Below, piece by piece: positions 28,159 to 39,075 of a stretch of 43,916 nt of DNA; within the stretch, counting starts at the first letter, position 1, and the number at the start of each line of letters is the position of its first letter. Location of the stretch: NCBI GenBank assembly GCA_000934665.2, contig JYFJ02003286.1:1-43916 (forward strand), written 5' to 3'. This stretch comes from Catajapyx aquilonaris. Lineage: Eukaryota. The notes under the pieces were generated by a model. That model was not told where the DNA came from, made no database searches, and saw only the letters and a program-made list of their open reading frames with translations. The position numbers and the translations under genes are program-made.

Positions 28159-28162
28159 GTGA

Positions 28163-28392
28163 ATGTACAGGGTGTATAAAAAAACCCGCGAAATGTACAG
28201 GGTGTGACAAAAGGTTGCTTCAAGAACACCATGGTAGTACTGTACAGGGTGTGACAAAAGGTTGCTTCAAGAACACCATGGTAGTACTGTACAGGGTGTG
28301 ACAAAAGGTTGCTTCATGAACGCCATGTAGTACTGTACAGGGTGTGACAAAAGGATGCTTCAAGAACACCATGTAGTACTGTACAAGGTGTG
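28163..28392. repeat. Minisatellite, 46-47-bp unit, 4 full copies (starts 28194, 28241, 28288, 28334) plus partial flanking units
   Basis: Unit TGTACAGGGTGTGACAAAAGGTTGCTTCAAGAACACCATG(G)TAGTAC, read directly. Confidence 0.95.
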
Positions 28393-28564
28393 CCATACAT
28401 ATTAACCACCGGGACAGCATGTGTACTACACTGCAAACTCACAGTGCATTTGACCCCGTACGGTTTTATTCGCACCAGATCAAAACGATTGAATTAACTC
28501 AACTGCGCCGCACGTTTATGAATAAAAAATTTGCCTGTAATGAGAATGCACACGCAATAAGATC

Positions 28565-31500
28565 TCATTGTGTGGCGTGCACCTTGATTCGCTTGGAGGC
28601 GCAGCAGCAGGCCTGGAGCCACCTCCTGACGGCGTTGTTGATCCCCAGGGACACGTTCTCGTCCTCCTGCTTCTTGGCGAACAGGAGGAAGACCTGCTCC
28701 AGCGTGGTCTGTCTGACGGAGTAGTCCTGCACCAGGTGTGAGTCCCGCTTTATGGACTCAAGGGTCTTGTACAGGTAAGCCCAGGTTATGTCCGGGTTGG
28801 TCACGTGGTACTGCAGCAAACCCTGCGGAACAGGTAACAAACATATTATATAAGGGAAAGTTGGCTTGTTCGTCGTTTCTTCATAAAAAAGGTCACCTGA
28901 CGCTCATCCTGGAGCATGCAGGGTCTGATCGCAGCCTCCACCATGTGCTTGACCCTTATCGTGTCCATGGGCGGGCATCCCTGCTTGACCTTCACCTCTA
29001 TGATGAAGCCCTGCCCGAAGGCCTCCTTCAGCTCCTGGGGTCCGCCCATGCAGTGGAACTGCCCGTTGACCATTATGGCCACCCGTGAGCACAGCGCCTC
29101 GCACTCGTCCATGCTGCAAAATAAAGGCAACCGCTTTTATTCGACACACATATGACGAAGCAACGAAGCCCAACCTGTGCGAGGTGAAGACGATGGCCTG
29201 CCCCGAGTGCCTCAGTTGCTCCAGGACGGTCCAGAGGTTCCGCCTGGATGCCGGATCGACTCCGCTGGTCGGCTCGTCCAGGAATATCACTGGGGGATCA
29301 CCGATCATGGCTATGGCGGTGCTGAGCTTCCGCTTGTTGCCCGGGTTGTACGTGCCGCATGGCCGGTTGATGTGGTCGGTCAGACGGAGCTTCCAGACCC
29401 AGGACTCCACTTCCATCTTGATGTCCTCGGGAGAGATGCCCCGCAGCTTGGCGAACAGCTCCAGCATCTCCATGCCGGTCAGGGTGTCGATGAGTCCGTC
29501 GTACTGCGGGCAGTACCCAATGCTGGACAGGTACTGCGTGCAGAAAAGTAATTTAAAACACCGTACATGTGTAGCCAGTAATTATTGAAGCCGAGTACCT
29601 TCCGCCTGTCTTTGGTGACCTCCTTCCCTAAGATGTACGCACTTCCCCATGATGGCAGCAGGTCGCCCGTCAGCATCCTGAAGGTCGTGGTCTTTCCGGC
29701 CCCGTTCACGCCCAGAAGTCCGAAGCACTCGCTGGGGCTGGCCATGAAGCTTATCCCTCTGACAGCGTGGAACTTACCAAAGTACTTGGACAGTCCATCA
29801 ACAAGCAGTGTGCTGCGCTGGCGATAATCCTTGTGCTTGACATCATGCTCGACCTTAATTCGCTCGGCCAAAACGTCGGCCTCGATGTCCTCTACGGCCA
29901 GCCTGGGATTCTTCGGGCAGGTCGCCTTGTGCAGCAACTTCCCTAGGAAGTTTAGCTCGAACAGCGTCAACAGAATCGTGTAAAGAAGGCCGTCAAGCAC
30001 CATGAAGAACAAGGCTTCTCCGACCCCGAAGTCGTTGTAGGTGGTGGTCAGCTTGTTTGTGTCCACTTTCCAGGTGAGGTAATTGTGGGTTCCAACGCAA
30101 TTGCCCGAAGACTTGCAGTAATTTTCTAAGACAAGAAATAACATAGCGCATCGTTGAGCCAACTCAGGCAAAGCAGAGTACTCTGTGCACGTAATTGTAA
30201 TTGACAGATGCGACATACCGCAACATTCGGACACTCCGCTGTCAAAGTCGTACGCATCCTCGCATATCACTTTCAGCCCGGTCTCGCCGATGTATTTGCA
30301 CTTGTTGTTGTACCAGACCAGGAACGAGTACTGCATCAGTCCGAAGCACAGCGGGAACGACGGAGAGAACCGCAGGATGTGCAGGAGCAGAGCCGGCCGC
30401 ACTCGCCACATGATAGTCGAACTAATTATACCTGCAGCGACAATATCGGTACATATATACATCTCTTAATGAAATTACCTGCATATGTTACAATTACCGG
30501 CAGCAATGTGGATGAGCGACATGAACGTGAATGCCCCTGATACGGTCGAAGCCTTGCAACTAATCGCATACGCGCTGGAGATCCCGCTGAACCCGAAGCT
30601 CATGAACATCAGGAACAAAACCACTGCGGATTAGCACAAAGATTAGTACAAGAGCACCGGCCAGCGACGAACGCAGTGCTCACACAATTCATACACGCCG
30701 GTGTACATGCTGATTTCGTCCATGAAGTAGATGACCGTCATCATTATGGCGACCGTGATGAAGTACTGGAAGAGATCCCAGGTCATGGCGGTCAGCCAGT
30801 ACAGCAGTGGATGGACGCCGGTCATCAACAGCAGCTGCTTGGCATGCGAGGCCTTCTCCTGCACGGGCGACGCCACGAAGCTGGCCGACAGCATGGACAG
30901 CCCGATGAAGAGCGAGACCCCAAAGGCGATGCCGCTTATCAGCGAATGCCGCCTCAGCACTTCAGAGTCGACCATGACGTTAAGCTGAAAAGAACCCTAT
31001 CAACATCAGTAGCTACACAAAACAGTACCGGCAGTACCTTCTTGCCGGACTTGGTCAGCGGATGACTGTATGTTGTTATGGAGTGGGCAAGTCCGGCGTG
31101 GCGATGCAAAACCGCGTTGTTCACGAGGTTCAGCGATATTCCGGCGCTGTCTGGAGCAAACAGGGAGAACATGGCTTGAAGGAAGGCGTGTCCCTCGGAG
31201 TCGTTGTACATCCTGGCTCCCACGACGTAGCGCTCCAGGTACTCCGTCACGTCCTTCGCTGCTACGTCCACCATCGCTTTTGTGAGTGTTACATCCTCGG
31301 GGACATTCATGATCCGGCCGTTCCCTATGAGAGCTCTGTACGAACCCTCGTACTCATGCCCCTTGCCCTTTGCAACCTGCATTATGGTGGTGAAATTAAC
31401 CAGGTCATCCAACGACAGCAGCTTAGACGTAGTGTCGGTCAAGCCCGTTTCGGGCAAAACTAGAGGCTGACTCAGGGTCTTGTAGCAGAAAATTACTGTC

Positions 31501-34500
31501 AGCAGGATCGGAAACAGCGCCTGTAAAAGTGGACAACACTTATCGAATGCGGCGAAGTCCAATCGACGCAAAAGCTCTCACCTGAACGATGACGATTAAC
31601 GGTCGTCTCGCCGAGGACAACACGCACTTGAGGTAGAGCGCTTTTGCCTGCTGGCTCAGCTTCTTCACTCGGGTCTTCTCCTTCCCCATGTGTTGCGCAA
31701 GGTTCGAAGGCACACGCAGCTCCGACTTTTCAGCCTCGGTGTATCCATACATCTCCTTATCCGCAATGTCGCCTACTCTGCAGAAAATAACAGCACAAAA
31801 GATGAGCAATATACTGCGGTTTTAACGGTTTAACCAGCTTACTTCAGGATCACTTCCTCCATGGTCGTGTGGTACACTCCGAACGACCTGATGCCCAACT
31901 CCTCTTTAGCTCCTTCCAGAGCCGCGAACAGCCTCGGAAACTTGGGGGAGGAATCGCTCGGCAGCAGGTAAGAGTAGAGGCAGTTCTCAGTGGCTTCCTC
32001 CACATGCGCACCTTCAACGTATTCAATGATCAGATCCTGAACCAAGTTGATGTCGCACGTGCTGGAAACGCAGACTTTGAGGTGATGTCCGGCGCCTGCC
32101 CGAGAGAAATGCCCAAAACTTAGCTGTCGCCGGTAATGCATCAAGCGAACGTACCGTACAGTTTCTTAAGGAAGGAGGTACTGCCGCAGCACTGTAGCCT
32201 CCCATGCACTATAATCGCTATCCTGTCTCCCAAAATGTCTGCTTCTTCCATGGAATGGGTAGTAATCAAGATTGTCAGTTTACCTCGTAAACTCTGCGGG
32301 CAAAATTTTATAAGGGGATCTTAAAACTACGGTTGCACTGCCATGTCGGTAAATAGTGCCCAATGTCACTCGTTAAGACGGATAATTACCAAAATCAGGT
32401 CCCAAACCGCTCGGCGAGATTCAGGATCCATTCCGGTCGTGGGTTCGTCAAGCATCACCACCTGCGGATTAATTACGGTTAATTACTACTTGACACACCT
32501 CGTCGAGCCAAAAATCAATCACCCTGGAGCTTCCAATGAGCGCGATCGCAACCGACAGCTTCCTCTTTTCGCCTCTGGAGAGTTTGGAAGCGCGGCAGCC
32601 GGATTTGCTCAGCATGCTCAGCTTATCGAGGAGCTCGTCACCCTGGAAGCGGGTGTTCGACTTGCTCAGACCCTTCAGCTGTATAGAAGGGAAAAAAGTC
32701 GTGCAGGAATACCCGCGACAACAGTGGACAACAATGAAACGTGTACCATTCCGAACAGCTCCAAGTGCTGCCTCACACTCAATGTGCTGAAGAGCATGTT
32801 GTACTGAGGGCAGATGCTCAGGTGACACCGGATCTTCGACATGCTCGCCGTTATGTCGTAGCCGTTGATCAGTGCCGTTCCGATTGTCGGGGAGAACAAG
32901 CCTATAATTAAGCTCACATGTTAAAGCTGCTGGCAACAATGCGGATACGCACCTGTTAAGATGGATATGAGTGTCGTCTTTCCGGCACCGTTAGGACCCA
33001 AGACGACAGTGATCTGCCCCTCGTAAATGTTCATGCTGATCCTGTCCACGGCCACCTTCACTCCAGTCAGGGTCCTAAACTCCTTATACAAGTCCTTGAC
33101 CGCAATACCTACTGGCAGCTCGATCGGCTCATCCTCAAAGCTCTTGCTCTCTGATTGCGTCAAGTCGATATGTCCCGTGGATATACTGCTGTACTTCCTA
33201 GGGCACCAGTAATCTATCTGGAATCACCATCGGTTTACAAGTGGCCCAAATGGAAACGTATCGCAACTCACGGAGAACAAGAATCCAAGTGGCTTGGCAA
33301 CCCCGTACTTCCCAGGCATCACGGACGATATGTACCAGGTCAATCCGAGGTACACGAATATATCAGCAGTCAGCATTATCAGGATGTGCATGAGGCTGAT
33401 GTTGTCGCAGCTGGTTCCCGGCACGTAAATGGTCGACCACTTCAGCTTAACACCTGTAACAAAATTGCTTGGACGTAACTTTCGCAAAGTTCCCGTACTG
33501 GTTATCATTACCTCGACTTTCATAGAGCGATATGACTTTGATCCCGAAGGCCATGCCCAGGTTCGGGATCAACGACGCAAGCATCTTGGATTCCAACGAC
33601 AGGTTCTTGTAGTACGCCATCAGTGGAAAAATTGGTCCATAGTACGATACGAGCCACAGTATTATGCCGATGGTCATTGCAAGAGTAGCTATAATAGTAT
33701 GAATTAGGCCTTGCAGATGCTCCGATTCATTTAATACGTACGCCTGTGTATAAGCGAGCTGATGGTGAAGCAGAACGCGATGGAGGCAAACTCGTAGAGG
33801 AACAGGAATAGCACGAAGATCAGCGGATCGGTGTGGTTCATCATCCGTCCCATCTCCTTGTTGGAAAAGTTGATGGTCAGTATCAGCGCGTAGAAGGCGA
33901 TGGAGAAGGCGAGGATCCCCATGGCGTTGATCATCCATCCAAGCCAGTTTATGATCTCCGACAAGCCCATCATCTTCAGGAGCTCCTGTAATAGCATATG
34001 CGTAACGGATGGTGTGACGTGTGGGTGCGACACTGTACCTTAACACCGGTCTCCTTTTCGTTCACGACTCCTTTCAGTATCGTAGGGCACGTGAAGAGGA
34101 AGGACAGGACCAGAAAGTTGGGCAGAATGCTCCCCAAGAGCAGCTCGCTCTCGTCAAACACATCGTACGGAGGGTACGGCATCGGCTGAGCGCTGATCTG
34201 AAAATTGGGGTATTAGAAAGCACCAGGGGTGTCCCTCAGCCTTTTAATTACCTCAGGAAGCGACTCCAGCGAGCAGTTTGTGCACACCAGACTAGTGTAG
34301 GCCTTGTCCACTGCCATCTGCACAGCCGAGAAGACCCAGACGACCGACTCGCTCACTGAAAACATAATATGTGTCGGCTATGTGTCTCAGTACGTTCCGG
34401 AGTGACCGTACCTGCCTCCACGGTGGGTGCCGTGTCGTTCCAGTTGTTGTGCAGATGCGGCTGCAGCCTTATCTTGTACACCAGCTTACCAGGAAGGGCG

Positions 34501-34971
34501 TCCGTCTCCTCAAACACGACCGCTGCGATATTCCTCTTGGACACACCTCTTGGAGACGAGTACATCGTGTGAGCCTGTACCACATCCTCCTCAGTGTCGT
34601 AACCGGTGATATCTATCAGAAATAAACTGTCAACAATGGACATACACCTGGAGGACACTCACCATACTTGGTCTGGTGTCGTTGAACATTTGGACTATCC
34701 TTGTCATGAGTTTGTTGGTGAACGGGGTCGATGGTGCGTAGGCTATGGTCTTTCCTTCAATTGTGGAGAGTATGTCTCGCTGACAGTGGATGTCGTACAC
34801 TTTGGCCTCCTTCTGGAAGTACTCCGTCTTGTTCTGAGGCGGTGATACTGCTGCCAGTACCAGGAACAGTATGATAGGTACTGTCACCTCGCAAGAAGCC
34901 AACATGAAGTGCCGCTTGCGAATCAACCAGTTCTTCCGCAGTATCAAGTAGAAGTGTCGCAGCTTCCCCAT
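28565..34971 (-). CDS. ABC transporter subfamily A (full transporter, TMD-NBD-TMD-NBD), ~22 exons
   Basis: N-terminus [21 protein letters not shown] is typical of ABCA. NBD1 has [20 protein letters not shown] and [11 protein letters not shown]2 has [20 protein letters not shown] and [13 protein letters not shown]-terminal [13 protein letters not shown]. About 21 GT-AG introns of ~50-100 nt. Minus-strand AATAAA at 28465-28470. Confidence 0.95.
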
Positions 34972-35271
34972 GATTGTTAGCAAAATCAGGAAAAAAAAAG
35001 TCACATACACATAACCGCTTGTTCCCAATCAGTATGAACAATGAAGATATGTAACAATATATGGAAGTGTAAACAAACGGAGCCAACCTATGGCGTAATA
35101 ATTATTACGCCATAGGTTGGCTCTTAAGATGTATGACTTTGCAAATATTTGCACCGTAGGATTTCCCGTACTTTGGACGTGTAAATAAACTGCCAGTTGA
35201 TACAATGCACATTGCACATGCCGTACTGTGTATAAGAAGAGGCGATGCATTTCCTCGGCACTTATCCAACC

Positions 35272-35889
35272 ATGAATAAGGTCTTCTACATCCAGAATGT
35301 GGACACAGGGCTGGTGCTGGACATACTGGATGGCCGGCATGAACCGGGTGTCCAGCTGATCATGTACGGGTACCACGGAGGAGCGAACCAGCTGTGGACA
35401 ATGGAAGGAACCACAATCAGAAGCCAACACAACGGGTGAGTTACTGGCTCTACGATATCCACTGAAAAAGTGGGCGTTGTTGGTGTTAGCTATACTGTAG
35501 TATGGCCGGCTTTTGGGTGCCCGCGCCATGTGGCCCTGCCAGGCACGGTACGTACCGTGCCTGGCAGGGCCACATTGTGTGATGATTTTAGCTTATTATT
35601 GTAACGGCCACGTGTCATCTATTATGACTGACCTTTTCACATTTCCAGGCTGGTTTTGGACGTGAAGCACTCCGGTGGGCCTGGAACTCCGGTGATCACC
35701 TGGCGCCACCATGGAGGGACAAATCAACAGTGGTTCTTGGACCCGGACGGTACGGTCCGAAATGGTCTAGGACATGTTCTAGACGTGAAGGACGGCCGGA
35801 GGGACCAACAGGCTGAGGTCATCGTGTGGTCCAAGCACTTGGGACCCAACCAGAAGTTCCGGTTCGTGGATCACAAGTGCTGTTGTTAA
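35272..35889 (+). CDS. Ricin B-type (beta-trefoil) lectin, 134 aa, two exons (35272-35435, 35649-35889)
   Basis: Three subdomains with LVLD/VLDV and NQLW, NQQW, NQKF. The GTGAG...TTCCAG intron keeps frame. TATA-like TATAAGA at 35231 and AATAAA at ~35922. No signal peptide. Confidence 0.9.
35528..35575. repeat. Perfect 48-bp spacerless palindrome in the lectin intron
   Basis: ATGTGGCCCTGCCAGGCACGGTAC followed directly by GTACCGTGCCTGGCAGGGCCACAT. Confidence 0.95.
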
Positions 35890-35994
35890 AATAATAACAA
35901 TGTACCAGAGCAATTACGTCTAAATAAATGTAAAATTGCGTATCCCAATACTGCATTTACACCTCACCATATTGTAAGCGAAATGTTACCCCGC

Positions 35995-36237
35995 TCCTCT
36001 CTATCTGGGGTGAACAGATTAGCGCCGCAGCCTTCCACCTCTAAGGTCCCGAGTTCGATCCCCGGGTCGGACGGAGGATACTTATGTGGATAGAGTTTCG
36101 ATGGGTTCTCTCCGTGTTCGCGTGGGTTTTCTCGGGGTTCTCCCGTTTCCTCCCACTATCAAAATCCATCACATTACAGGCAAATGATTAAAGTCGGTTA
36201 TTCAAAAGAGGATCCCCTAAGAGGCCCGAGGGGTATC

Positions 36238-36306
<69 letters not shown>
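35995..36306 (+). mobile_element. tRNA-derived SINE with a V-domain-like core and (TTA)n tail
   Basis: B box GAGTTCGATCC at 36051 with a degenerate A box upstream. The core TTCTCTCCGTGTTCGCGTGGGTTTTCTCGGGGTTCTCCCGTTTCCTCCCA resembles the V-SINE domain. A 3' stem-loop (GGATCCCCT...AGGGGTATCC) precedes a long TTA run at ~36240-36306. The 5' boundary is approximate. Confidence 0.8.
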
Positions 36307-36845
36307 CACAATGATCTGGGTAAATCGCAGGCATATTCAAGCTAGTTTATTCTACTGACACTGTAGTACGTGGTATACGCGATTGCAGACAGAGATTATA
36401 GACTTCTTTTTATTAGTTTCCATAATGACTATCCTGTATTTTACGCCTATTTAACCTTTACTTGGAACTCTACTTGTTTATTTCCTATTGAGAGACGGGA
36501 ACATAGGCTCACGTCTGCTTACACAGCTACAGTACTTTTTGTGCGGCTTCGTCCTTCCTCATTGTGTAGCACGAAAGTAACTCGACAATGGGTGCGGACC
36601 AGATGCGGACTAATCAAGTGATGTGTCGTTTGCAATTCAGTTTTGTTGGCAGATGGCGAGCCCCTTTTGTTGTGAAAGTACCTATAGTGCTGATGAATTC
36701 CATAGTGCACCTGTGTGGAAATTCAGACAAAACCATACTGAATTCCTTCCAATTATTGCCGTCGTGTCGTAACAGACGCATGAGGGTATAAAATCCACAT
36801 TGCAGTAATTGCAGAATACGATCAGGTACCGAGCTCCAATCTCAC

Positions 36846-37266
36846 ATGATGTCCTCCAGACGACTCCTCATCACTATAGCTCTTGTGATGACAATCATTG
36901 GGTTGGCTCTAGGTAAGTAGTTCTTGTGACAATGGGACACAGTTTGTTATACATCGTTGTTACATTGTAGGCCAGAAGTCTGGCTCATGTCCAATAGCTC
37001 CACTCATGGGCGCTTGTTTGGTACATTGCTATGATGATTATGAATGCGATGGAGACCTGAAGTGCTGTTATAATGGTTGCGGAAACACTTGCCAAAATCC
37101 AGTACCAGAAGGACAAGGACAGAAGCCTGGCTTGTGTCCACTGGCTACTGACCTGGGCAGTTGTGTGCAAGAATGCGGTGATGATATTGAATGCGATGGA
37201 GACATGAAGTGCTGTTCTAATGGTTGCGGACACACCTGCCAAAGTCCAGCATCAGGTCGCGGATGA
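36846..37266 (+). CDS. Secreted double-WAP (four-disulfide core) domain protein, 120 aa, two exons (36846-36912, 36971-37266)
   Basis: Signal peptide MMSSRRLLITIALVMTIIGLALG, then two KxGxCP...C...C..D..C.G..KCC.NGCG.TC repeats with 8 Cys each. 58-nt GTAAGT...TAG intron; TATAAAA at 36787; AATAAA at 37331. Confidence 0.92.
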
Positions 37267-37404
37267 CGAGGGTGATTCGAGAATGAGGAAACACCTGATT
37301 GATCATGTGTGAACCACTGTTAAATCGGGCAATAAAGAGATAATTACCAACTCTTAACAGTTTTATTGGACATATAGATTCGGTCATTCGGTCACAAAAA
37401 ATCA

Positions 37405-38070
37405 GCTACCTCGGAATACAGCCAATTACTTTCTTCACTTGGAGACCGACATTCCCCCGAGGTTCTTCAAACTGCAAGTAAAATATCTTATAAAAATTAG
37501 GAACCTCCCACCGGACAGACTTGTCAATAGAGCGTATATGTATCGAGCTGTCGCGAGGCTGACCTTTACCCATCCTCAAACTGGGCTCGTGACACAGGTA
37601 AATTGCTTTCTATGGTTTGCGAGGGGGCGCTCGATCTCTCTGATTTGGAACTGCGAGCCTTGCCACAAATATATACAGATCATCTCCGAGACCAGAGTTT
37701 GCAGTCGCTGGTGGTCTCGACCCGTTACGCTCACTATAGGGATTTTGTGTCACCCAAACCGGCCTACTATTTGCAATACAGTTTGCCAATCAAAATTACA
37801 AGACTAATGGCTAATCTTCGGAATGCTTCCACGAAGTTAGTGGTTTAGGTTGAAGAAGTTGAGAATGCCAGTGATTGACAACGACGTTGAACTTGACCGT
37901 ATTTCAGATCTCACCACTTTTGACGGCCAAGCAGTCAGGAGAACTTGGCCTTTTTTTTACAGAAAGGTTTTTGGTGGGATATAGTTTTCCAGGTACAAAA
38001 TTTGCGCAAAGGAGACGGCAGAAGAAAATTTCGGATATTTTGGTCCTTCATCATAAACGTGTTAGTATGA
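37405..38070 (+). pseudogene. Decayed 3' fragment of a LINE ORF2
   Basis: LPRNTANYFLHLETDIPPRFFKLQVKYLIKIRNLPPDRLVNRAY and KPAYYLQYSLPIKITRLMANLR align by eye with the post-RT region of the LINE at 41602-42708 (VAQNTPGYIVLTETE...RLGEDRLLRRIW; YLDRENIKFLKVLAKLR). Confidence 0.65.
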
Positions 38071-38207
38071 TATGATCCTACATGTATCACTGTAGCTGTT
38101 ATTATTTGTAATTAAAATATCTTGTCATGTCTTCAGAGTACGTGTAAGGGACAACCTAGGCGATGGCGGTATATCTGGTATTGCGAAGGGGTTTTAAAAA
38201 GAACTGA

Positions 38208-38373
38208 AATAAGAGGAAAAACATTCCCTTCAGTGACAAAAAAGACACCTATGGTACAGCTTAAATCAATTGGGGAAGGTCTTACGTGCGCATGCCTTGT
38301 TTCAGTACTTTCATTCCGTCATGTAGGTCTTACTACCCTTTTTTTCACTGAAGGGAATGTTTTTGCTCTTATT
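38208..38373. mobile_element. ~166-bp MITE with ~30-bp TIRs; a related right end occurs at ~17472-17524
   Basis: AATAAGAGGAAAAACATTCCCTTCAGTGA ... TCACTGAAGGGAATGTTTTTGCTCTTATT. The second copy reads AGGTCTTACTACCCTT...ACTGAAGGGAATGTTTTTTTTGCTCTTATT. Confidence 0.7.
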
Positions 38374-39075
38374 CATATTATTATCACAATGATCTGGGCA
38401 AATTGCAGGCATATTCAAACTAGTTTATTCTACTGACACTGTAGTACGTGGTATACGCAATTGCAGACAGAGATTATAGACTTCTTTTTATTAGTTTCGC
38501 ATAATGACTGTCCTGTGTTTTACGCCTATTTAACCTTTACTTGGAACTCTACTTGTTTATTTCCTAATGAGAGACGGGAACAGGCTCACGTCTGCTTACA
38601 CAGCTGCAGTACTTCTTGTGCGGCTTCCTCCTTCATCATTGTGTAGTGCCACGAAAAAATAACTCGACAATGGGTGCGGACCAGGTGCGGACTAATCAAG
38701 TGATGTGTCGTTTGCAATTCAGTTTTGTTGGCAGATGGCGAGCCCCTATTGTTCCGAAAGTACCTGGTGCAGATGAATTCCATCGTACAGCTGTGTGGCA
38801 ATTCAGACAAAACCATACTGAATTCCTTCCAATTATTGCTGTCATGTCGTAACAAATGCATGAAGGGATAAAATCCACATTGTAGTAATTGCAGAATACG
38901 ATCAGGTACCGAGCTCCAATCTCACATGATGTTGAATAAAAAATGTATCTTTCAAGGTATGTTTTCTCATATGACCATATTTTGACCAGCAGGTCTCTTC
39001 TTTGAATACAGATATAAATGATATTATTTGTCCTTACAACATGCCCTTTAACTACGTTGTACATAATTGGTTTCC

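Larger units (their letters stand above)
36300..38931 (+). repeat. ~550-bp direct duplication of the WAP-gene upstream region (36300-36852 and ~38377-38931)
   Basis: Both copies run from ATTATTATCACAATGATCTGGG to GAGCTCCAATCTCACATGATGT. The second copy has no WAP coding sequence after the ATG. Confidence 0.9.

Noticed and set aside
28163..28392. CRISPR-like array
   Set aside because: Units are contiguous and near-identical with no unique spacers, there are no cas genes, and the context is eukaryotic.
28419..34845. Many plus-strand ORFs over the ABCA gene
   Set aside because: They are antisense shadows of GC-rich codons with no recognisable domains.
35995..36080. Functional tRNA gene
   Set aside because: The A box is degenerate, I could not build a cloverleaf, and it continues into a SINE core and tail.
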